Assembly: GCA_049969615.1 (NCBI GenBank)
Contig: JBMFOM010000048.1
Span: 1-14,391, forward strand
Source of the DNA: a candidate division WOR-3 bacterium
GTDB taxonomy: Bacteria > Hydrothermota > Hydrothermia > JBDRYB01
Direction of reading: 5' to 3'
Length of the DNA: 14,391 nt
The notes beneath the pieces are model-generated. The model searched no databases. It was not told the DNA's origin and worked only from the letters and a program-made list of their open reading frames with translations. How positions within the stretch are numbered: position 1 is the first letter of the stretch; each line of letters opens with the position of its first letter. The position numbers were made by a program, and so were the translations under genes. Positions 8,043-14,391 of this stretch are shown here, in pieces.

Positions 8043-8756
8043 ATCCCTTTTCCTGAAAAGAACATAAGACACTGACGCGCACTCCCTCGCGAGGGGATTG
8101 AACCAGAAAAGGATGTCCAGCCACTTCAGTGGAAATGTCAGAATTGATACGACTATGTAAATGAAGTCCCGGAGCGGTTTCCAACCAAAGGATAGCAGAG
8201 TAGAAACCCAGAATTGGAATATCCACAGGAGCGCGGATGTTGGGCCTCCCAGAACCCCCTAGTCCACGAGCTCAAGCCTCTCATTCGCATAAAGCGCTCG
8301 CGCCCCCTCGTGCGTCCAGCGCCTGTGGTCGTCCGGACAAGAATGAAATGGTTGGAGGAACGGGACCGTTATGTAGATGAACCCTCCCGGCTTGACGACC
8401 CTCTCCATCTCAGAGAGCGCCGCATTCATATCCTTGACATGTTCCAGGACAACATGCGACATGGCCGCGAAAATGCTGGCAGTTTTTATGGGCAATCGGC
8501 AGACATCTCCCACAACAGCAACTGGCCTATACCTCACTACATCGAGGTTATATACCCTAAAATCTCTTGCCCTGAGGTCCTGCGCGCCTGAACCTAGGTT
8601 GAAGACCAGGTCGCCAGGCGAGGCCCGGACCCCGCGCTTCCTAAGGAGCGAAAACAGGTCCCTGCGGGGATAGAGGAATACCGGCGAGAACACAGCGAAA
8701 ACGAGTCTGTATAGGGCCGGATGGGACTTTGCCAGTTCTTTCAGGAAAAGAACCAT
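8034..8756 (-). pseudogene. Class I SAM-dependent methyltransferase (Methyltransf_11-like) interrupted by one in-frame TAG at 8259-8261
   Basis: From ATG 8756: motif I VFNLGSG, NLD, GDVCRLP, VLEHV, RVVKPGG, VPFLQPFHSCPDDHRRWT. After the TAG the same frame continues 74 codons (GVLGGPTSALLWIFQFW...LTFPLKWLD...ASVSYVLFRKRDSS) to TAA at 8034-8036. Confidence 0.8.
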
Positions 8757-8790
8757 ATCGCTTCTGTGAGCCACGGCGCGCAAAGTATAA

Positions 8791-9033
8791 ACCTCTGAGG
8801 CCATAGAAATCCTCCAGATAGTTGAGGACATCTGGGGCAAGAAGAGAAAGAGGGCCACCCAGAGGGCCGTTTTCTCCATACCCGGGGCTGAGGGCCTTAA
8901 GCTCCGGTGCCTATACAGGGCGCTTGACATCTTGTATGAGAACAAGGAGATGATAGAGAGGGCCCTCAGAACCCTGGGCATCCGAGAACCCCACAGAATA
9001 GTCCGCGTATGTGAATAGGTCTCGCTGAGAACC
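8791..9033 (+). mobile_element. Internally deleted IS1634-like transposase remnant
   Basis: Start-less 75-codon frame 8791-9018: TSEAIEILQIVEDIWGKKRKRATQRAVFSIPGAEGLKLRCLYRALDILYENKEMIERALRTLGIREPHRIVRVCE*. RAVF, IPG and LYRALD.L...KE.IE..L recall IS1634-family N-terminal/central motifs, here fused to a C-terminus shared with positions 1-36. Confidence 0.7.
8983..9033 (+). repeat. Direct repeat copy 2 (51 bp)
   Basis: 50/51 identical to 1-51; identity ends 2 bp before the marR stop codon (9036). Confidence 0.97.
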
Positions 9034-9035
9034 GA

Positions 9036-9500
9036 TCAGATCTTCCCTTTCTCTGCCTCCAGGATATAGGCGAAACGAGCGATTATTTCGTTGAATTCCT
9101 TTCTCTGTTTCTCCGTAAGCTGTTTCAGGAGTAGTCTAATCAATTCCCTCCTTCTATCTATGACCTGCTCTATGACATTCGCGCCCTTGAAGGTCAACCG
9201 GACAGCGGATATGCGCTTGTCCGATTGGGTTTTCTTCTTTGAGATCATGCCCTGCTTCTCCAGCCTTTCCAGGAGGGCGGATATGGTAGACTTGGCCAGG
9301 TGGAGTTTTTTTGGCATCTCGTTCTGGGAGATCTCGCCCTCAAAGTAAATAGCGGTCATTATCTCAAACTGTGGTGGCGAGAGGTGGTGCCTGGAGAGGA
9401 CCTCCCTTCCGTGAAGTCTTATAAAGGAACAGATTACCCGAAGGAGGAGCTCCGCCTTCCGGGACGCCTCCTCCAGCCCCTCTTCCTTGAAAGTTTCCAT
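9036..9500 (-). CDS. MarR family transcriptional regulator
   Basis: LSPPQFEIM, SQNEM..KLHLAKSTISALLERLEKQGMI, DKRISAVRLTFKG form the MarR winged helix. Its ATG directly follows the upstream TAA. Confidence 0.92.
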   Translation of the reverse strand: METFKEEGLEEASRKAELLLRVICSFIRLHGREVLSRHHLSPPQFEIMTAIYFEGEISQNEMPKKLHLAKSTISALLERLEKQGMISKKKTQSDKRISAVRLTFKGANVIEQVIDRRRELIRLLLKQLTEKQRKEFNEIIARFAYILEAEKGKI

Positions 9501-10625
9501 TTACAAGGTCTCTATGAGCTCAACATTTGCCCTTGGGACGGTTACAGTCCTGCCGTCCTCAAGCCTGAGCTCAAGTATTCTCACCTTGGCCTCGGTCTCT
9601 ATGAGGGTTGGATCAGGGGGTAATTTTGTTACCTCGCCTATGAGCCCAAAATAGGGTTCCCGTATAACCCTAACCAGGGAGCCTATCTCAAGGATGCCCT
9701 CCTTAATGCCCTCTTCCTCGGGCAGACCCCCCTCCTCAACGGGGACTATTATCTCCGGCCTGATGACGCCTGCCCTTATCTGGGTGGCACCGTTGGCGGA
9801 AGCAACCTTGCCCTCAAGGCTTTTCAGGAGATCAAATGTCTTCCTGGCCATCCTGAGCCTGCCGAAACCCTCGGTTAATATGACGGTTAGGCCAATGTCC
9901 TCCTGGCCGGTTATGGCAACGCCAATGTCATAACCCATGAAATCCTTTAGGTTCCTGTCATCTGTCCCGCCAGCGACCAAAGCAACCGCGCCGACCTCTC
10001 TGGCCTTTCGCATTGATTCGGTGGGCACAAAACTGCCTCCGACAACGATCTTGCCCGCGGCGTCTGGGGTTATCACGGAGGGAACGAGCTCCTGGTCCGG
10101 CGAGTCAACGACCAGCTTTATTTCGCCGACGACCTCGCCGCCTATCCCGAAAATACCTTGGACAAAGGAGGCTGTTGTCTCAATAAAGACACCCTCCCTC
10201 TCAATTACCTCCACAACCTTACCGTCAATGTAGGCCTTTACCTCTATGGGAACTGGTGGCTCTCTCATGATCACCTGGCCAGTGATGGCCGAAATGGACT
10301 CAATTGTCCCGTCGCACGGGGCTTTGAGTGATGTCTTCATCAGACCCATTATGCCTTTTGAGACAGCGACAAGGTCGCCCTTTTTTAAGGATTCGCCCTC
10401 CTTTACCCTCATGGCTTCAGGAACCTCGTTCGGCTGAATGCCCAGTTTCCCGGCAACATTAAGGGGAACGACATTGCCCGGAAGGTCAGCCTTCGCGACG
10501 GTCTGGGTCGCTTTGACATGGTCTCCTACCTTCACGAGCACCGTCCCGGGAACGGGCAGTCTTCTTTCCTTTCTTATTACTGTTGCTTTTGTGACCTTAA
10601 GGCCTGGCGTGTAGGCGTGTCCCAT
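9501..10625 (-). CDS. Conserved hypothetical protein with barrel-sandwich-hybrid (biotinyl/lipoyl-like) segments and a C-terminal KOW-like motif
   Basis: 374-aa soluble ORF coupled at both ends. VLVKVGDHV and VKEGESLKKGDLVA...LKAPCDGTIESI are BSH-type motifs; IGSLVRVIREPYFGLIGEV is KOW-like. Function unknown. Confidence 0.8.
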   Translation of the reverse strand: MGHAYTPGLKVTKATVIRKERRLPVPGTVLVKVGDHVKATQTVAKADLPGNVVPLNVAGKLGIQPNEVPEAMRVKEGESLKKGDLVAVSKGIMGLMKTSLKAPCDGTIESISAITGQVIMREPPVPIEVKAYIDGKVVEVIEREGVFIETTASFVQGIFGIGGEVVGEIKLVVDSPDQELVPSVITPDAAGKIVVGGSFVPTESMRKAREVGAVALVAGGTDDRNLKDFMGYDIGVAITGQEDIGLTVILTEGFGRLRMARKTFDLLKSLEGKVASANGATQIRAGVIRPEIIVPVEEGGLPEEEGIKEGILEIGSLVRVIREPYFGLIGEVTKLPPDPTLIETEAKVRILELRLEDGRTVTVPRANVELIETL

Positions 10626-13600
10626 TATTTTCCTCCCTGGGGTTTTATGCTTTCTTCTGGCAATAAAGCCGGAGCTTGGGGTTTGGGTGCCAACATGTTC
10701 ATCAGGCTCTCCGCCTCAGTGGTCTTACCCTGAGCTTTCATCACCTCAATGAGGCCGTTCGTGACCACGGTGTCGGTGAGACCCATTGAAAGGGACCTCT
10801 TGTAGAGCTCCTCGGCTCTGGCTAGATCGCCTTTCTCCCTGTAGAAATCAGCTATTATGGCAAAGCCATATGGATCTTCAACTCCCGAAGAGAGAACCTT
10901 CTCATAATATTTCGCGGCTTCCTCTGTCTTGCCCTGGGCGCGCATCAAGTCGGCCATGCGCATGTCAATCATGGGGCCGGGTTGAATGAGAGACGCTTCC
11001 TTTATGAATTCCTCGGCCCTGGAGAAATCCCCTAGCTTGGTGTATATCTCGGCCAATGATAGGGTGATGTATAGCTTTTGCCTTTCCATCCCAGGAGAAC
11101 CCTCCGTGGGTATCTGGTCTAGAAGGACCTTGCCCAGCTCCAGCTCCTCTGCCCCGGCCCTGAGATCACCCCTCTGCGCGAGATAACTTCCCAGCGAGAA
11201 GGAGACCTGGGCGTAGTTCCTGACTATCTTCTCGTTGGTGTCATAGCGGTCCTTCTTTCTAACCCGCGGATCAAGAACGCCCCTGTATCTGAAGACTCCC
11301 TCGGGCAAAGCCGCGTGATATCCGGAGTATTCCTTAAGGTATTCAACCGCACCCTTGGCGTCGTGGAGGACATAGGCAGTATAGTCTGGACTGAGGTTCT
11401 CCAGGGGATAACCGCCTATTCGGCCAACCTGATCAGGAACCAACCTGAAAACCATCCCCTCCATCAAGAGGTAGTTCTCCCAGCCCTCCCAGGCATCGGG
11501 GGTAGTGGTCATGGCGAAGTATATGTTGGTGCTGAAGCCCTTTCCGACAAAGACTTCCTTCGCGAATACCTCAGGCGCATCAAGGTATATGAGGGGAACC
11601 TCAAGATATGAGCGTCCGTCCATGGAGGGTATCCGGGTCAACGCCTTTGGCTTGTAGCCGACGGATGTAGCTATCATGTCCCTTATCGCGAAGTCCCTGA
11701 GGGCCATGATGGGCAGGCCGAGCATCTCTCCGGTTTTCTGAGCCTGGCTGAGCTCCGAACGGAGGATGTCTTTCCTGCCTCCATAAAAGCCCAAGAGGGG
11801 CGTGCGGTCATACGAGACATATATCCTGTGAAGGGTGCCCTTTATGTCCGGCACATCAATAGAAAAGCCCTTTGCGTCAACGCTCGCTATCCTACACATG
11901 ACAGGTATAAGTGGCGGCAATTTGTCTATGTCATCATAGGAGAATGATATTGGCGCCCCCCAGGCCTTGACCTGCCTGATATACCAGTTGGTGTTGAGCA
12001 GAGAAAGATTAGCTATGATTATGTCCTTGCGGACCTTGAGGACCTCCTGTGCAAACCACAGCGGGAACGTGTCGTTGTCGCCGTTCGTGAACATAACCCC
12101 GCTGGTTGAGGGGCTGATCAGAAGGTTATAAGCCGAGTCCTCGGCCAGGTAGAACCGAGAACGGTTGCACTCAGGGTAGAACTTATAGAACTGGTAGCCA
12201 ACCACAAAAGCCCCTACGGGATAGAACACCAGGGCAACCACCCACCACTTCCTGAGATAATGTCCCGCGAGCCGAAGAACCTCCCAGAGTCCTATGCCCG
12301 CGTAGAGGCATATCATTATGTGCGCTGTCGCGTAGAAGTAATCCCTGTCCCTCACCTCTGTCGGAAGAAGCGGTTCACCGGTTGCCGGGTGGGCCCCGCC
12401 AACGGGTTGGGTCGGTGAGTCCTTTAGGTTAAAAGCGAACCAGAAGCCGATTGTTGATAGGATGAAAACTACGCCTAGAAGCCAGATGACCCTTGTCCTG
12501 TTCGGGGATTTCTTTGAGAAGTCGTTGAAAACCTGGGTGACTATACCGACCAACGAGAGGAAAACCAGAGGAATGATGCTGAAATACTGCCACTGGAAAT
12601 ACCTGAAGAAGACCCTCACCTGCAGGATGGGATCTATTCTGCGTGGGAGCATCTTGGCTGGCTCGTATTGCTTTCTGGTCAGGACATCCATGAAGGCATG
12701 CCAGTTGTAGGGGTCTGCCTCGTTGATCCAGGCCGCGGTCGGGTGATAATGCAGATAATACGCCCTAACTATGAGCCAGAACTCCAGGGAGACAGCCAGG
12801 ATGATGAGGAGAAGGGTTAGACCCCTCCAATCACTCCAGAGCCTCCCGCGGATATACATCATCACTATGGAAAGCAGGCCACCAACCACAAGAGCAGAGT
12901 TGTTCTTGCCGAATATGCCGTATATCAGCGCGACGCTGGCGGCCGCGAAGAGTATTGTCCAGACATCAGTGAAGTCCTTGAAGAATCCGGCGTGCCAGAA
13001 ATAGAATACCATGAGTGTGAGACCTATGATCACTATCACTTTGCTCGTTATTGAGGACTGATAGGTCAGCTCCATGAGGCCAGCGAGGAGAACCAGCGCG
13101 CCAAGGAGGCCCCAGAATTCCTTCCCGAATATGAGCTTGGGCTGGACTATTGCCACGAATATGAACATTGCCGGCAGGGCAAAAATAGCCGTGAGGTGGA
13201 TTCCGGTGGCCAGAACGATGAGATATGTGCCGGCGAGTAGGAACCTGGTTGCATGTTCGTCCCACCTGTTTCTGCGATACCAAAGGAGGGTGAGGTAAAC
13301 CGCCAGGAGCGCGAAGAAGTTGGCCGGGGTGTATGTCTCGGCCTCTATTGAGTTCATCCAGTTAACCGCGCCAAAAGCGGCCATGAAAGCGGCGAAGGCC
13401 GCGGCAACATGCAAGATGTGGCGTGGGGCCTGTGGCTTCCAGAGGGATATTGTGTCGTAGATTATCAGGTAAACTAGGCCAGCGGCAAAAGCGCCCATGA
13501 CTATGGGCACGAAGGTCATCCTGAGGACGGATTCAACCGCGGGAACGCCATTGATCATCTTATAGAAGAAGGCGAGGGGTAGGGGCAGGATGTCAAAGAA

Positions 13601-13807
13601 CTTGCAGAGAATTACATACAGGGGGGTTCCAGGGGGGTGCGGCACGCCGAGGATGTGAGCCGCGGCTAGAAACTCACCGACATCCCAGAACACCACTGAA
13701 GGCGCGGTTGTCTGAAAATAAACCACGAAGACGACAAAGGTTATCAGCGCAAACAGGACCCACTTTAAATTTTCTCCAACAAACCAAAACCTCAGCCTTT
13801 CGTTCAT
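10625..13807 (-). CDS. DUF2723 / TMEM260-family GT-C membrane protein with C-terminal TPR repeats
   Basis: Signature motifs TAPSVVFWDVGEF...LGVPHPPGTPLY, EAETY, EVRDRDYFY and FTNGDNDTFPLW...NLSLLNTNWYI. TPR-like units near the C-terminus (LAEIYTKLGDFSRAEEFI, IADFYREKGDLARAEELYKRSL). Confidence 0.9.
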   Translation of the reverse strand: MNERLRFWFVGENLKWVLFALITFVVFVVYFQTTAPSVVFWDVGEFLAAAHILGVPHPPGTPLYVILCKFFDILPLPLAFFYKMINGVPAVESVLRMTFVPIVMGAFAAGLVYLIIYDTISLWKPQAPRHILHVAAAFAAFMAAFGAVNWMNSIEAETYTPANFFALLAVYLTLLWYRRNRWDEHATRFLLAGTYLIVLATGIHLTAIFALPAMFIFVAIVQPKLIFGKEFWGLLGALVLLAGLMELTYQSSITSKVIVIIGLTLMVFYFWHAGFFKDFTDVWTILFAAASVALIYGIFGKNNSALVVGGLLSIVMMYIRGRLWSDWRGLTLLLIILAVSLEFWLIVRAYYLHYHPTAAWINEADPYNWHAFMDVLTRKQYEPAKMLPRRIDPILQVRVFFRYFQWQYFSIIPLVFLSLVGIVTQVFNDFSKKSPNRTRVIWLLGVVFILSTIGFWFAFNLKDSPTQPVGGAHPATGEPLLPTEVRDRDYFYATAHIMICLYAGIGLWEVLRLAGHYLRKWWVVALVFYPVGAFVVGYQFYKFYPECNRSRFYLAEDSAYNLLISPSTSGVMFTNGDNDTFPLWFAQEVLKVRKDIIIANLSLLNTNWYIRQVKAWGAPISFSYDDIDKLPPLIPVMCRIASVDAKGFSIDVPDIKGTLHRIYVSYDRTPLLGFYGGRKDILRSELSQAQKTGEMLGLPIMALRDFAIRDMIATSVGYKPKALTRIPSMDGRSYLEVPLIYLDAPEVFAKEVFVGKGFSTNIYFAMTTTPDAWEGWENYLLMEGMVFRLVPDQVGRIGGYPLENLSPDYTAYVLHDAKGAVEYLKEYSGYHAALPEGVFRYRGVLDPRVRKKDRYDTNEKIVRNYAQVSFSLGSYLAQRGDLRAGAEELELGKVLLDQIPTEGSPGMERQKLYITLSLAEIYTKLGDFSRAEEFIKEASLIQPGPMIDMRMADLMRAQGKTEEAAKYYEKVLSSGVEDPYGFAIIADFYREKGDLARAEELYKRSLSMGLTDTVVTNGLIEVMKAQGKTTEAESLMNMLAPKPQAPALLPEESIKPQGGK

Positions 13808-13813
13808 GACTAA

Positions 13814-13843
13814 ATTCTAAACCAGCCGAATATGGCTGGGCAA
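13814..13843 (-). promoter_or_regulatory. Putative sigma70-type promoter of the DUF2723 operon (probably leaderless transcript)
   Basis: Minus strand reads TTGCCC-N18-TAGAAT-N6-ATG; no Shine-Dalgarno; the spacer holds the palindrome CCAGCC-N6-GGCTGG (13822-13839). Confidence 0.55.
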
Positions 13844-14055
13844 ATAGCGCGACCGCGGGGGTTCCGGCTTTACAACCCAGATTGGGGTTGTCTCGCGACA
13901 AAACCCTGAAAAATCCCGGTTTGTCCTTCAATCCCGTCTTGGAACTTCATCATGCGTGAGTTTTAGGGAGCAGAAGATGAACGGCTTCGCAGGGAGCCTT
14001 CGCCCTAAGGTGGGAAGGGAGGAATTGCATGGGGAGATTAATGGGGATCAAGTGT

Positions 14056-14084
14056 TTGATCCTGCGCAGAAAGTGGGTTATAAT
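14056..14084 (+). promoter_or_regulatory. Sigma70-type promoter of tRNA-Glu
   Basis: TTGATC (14056-14061), 17-bp spacer, TATAAT (14079-14084), 9 bp upstream of the tRNA. Confidence 0.75.
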
Positions 14085-14093
14085 TTTCGCTCC

Positions 14094-14165
14094 GGCCCCA
14101 TCGTCTAGCGGATAGGACACCACTCTTTCAAGGTGGCGGTGGGGGTTCAACTCCCCCTGGGGCCA
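14094..14165 (+). tRNA. tRNA-Glu (anticodon TTC), 3' CCA not encoded
   Basis: Acceptor stem GGCCCCA/TGGGGCC plus discriminator A; D arm GTCTAGCGGATAGGAC; anticodon arm CCACT-CTTTCAA-GGTGG with TTC at 14127-14129; T arm GGGGG-TTCAACT-CCCCC. Confidence 0.96.
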
Positions 14166-14184
14166 TAAAGGTTGGATGACAAGC

Positions 14185-14212
14185 AAAAATGAAAGCGGGG
14201 GAACCCCCGCTT
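14185..14212. terminator. Intrinsic terminator-like hairpin downstream of the tRNA
   Basis: AAGCGGGG-GAAC-CCCCGCTT at 14193-14212. The T-rich tail is better on the - strand (TTTCATTTTT), so it may be bidirectional or serve a convergent transcript. Confidence 0.6.
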
Positions 14213-14391
14213 GGTTGCTCATCGCAAAAATCAGCTAGGGAGACCTCTGATCATATACCCCATATACAGATGGCAGGCCATGGATCTTCTCCGACCACAA
14301 AGGGAGATGAACTCCACAGAACCGGGATACCGGGATTGTCTCTCCTGGATAGGCCGGGAACCATCGGTTGTCGTGGTTGAAGGAAGAGGCA

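Noticed and set aside
8259-8261. Genome-wide TAG reassignment (alternative genetic code)
   Set aside because: Only one interrupted gene is seen, all other long genes are open under the standard code, and TAG appears to end the 3403..5262 gene and the transposase frames.
8757-8981. N-terminal 75 aa of the listed ORF 8259..8981
   Set aside because: Mostly the antisense reading of the transposase remnant; methyltransferase-like sequence begins at ATG 8756.
1-9033. 51-bp repeat as a CRISPR repeat or prophage att pair
   Set aside because: Only two copies 9 kb apart, no spacers, cas, integrase or phage genes; both copies are explained as a transposase 3' end.
422-13298. Many short alternative-frame and antisense ORFs in the ORF track (e.g. 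3384..3893, 5698..6267, 8214..8591)
   Set aside because: They lie within longer genes that have recognisable motifs and show no independent coding signal.
13674-14222. ORFs 13674..13931 (-) and 13950..14222 (-)
   Set aside because: The first overlaps the DUF2723 gene out of frame and spans its promoter; the second is antisense across the tRNA.
14189-14391. Possible gene at the right edge (ORF 14189..14380 or a convergent - strand gene end)
   Set aside because: The listed ORF runs through the terminator hairpin and no frame gives a recognisable protein; too little sequence to call.

Overview
Bacterial window dominated by membrane glycosylation genes. On the + strand (405-8042) is a tightly coupled cluster: two tandem paralogous ArnT/PMT-like GT-C glycosyltransferases, a third GT-C-like membrane protein, tatA, an O-antigen ligase/Wzy_C-family protein and another ArnT/PMT-like enzyme. 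Converging on it from the - strand is a three-gene coupled operon: a DUF2723/TMEM260-family GT-C protein with TPR repeats, a conserved hypothetical protein with barrel-sandwich-hybrid and KOW-like segments, and a MarR regulator. Downstream of that operon is a class I SAM methyltransferase broken by one in-frame TAG. A 51-bp direct repeat (1-51 and 8983-9033, one mismatch) is the 3' end of an IS1634-like transposase. One copy, with an apparent right end, runs off the left edge; the other is an internally deleted remnant at 8791-9033. A tRNA-Glu(TTC) with a good sigma70-like promoter lies near the right end. Family assignments come from motif recognition by eye; no searches were run.
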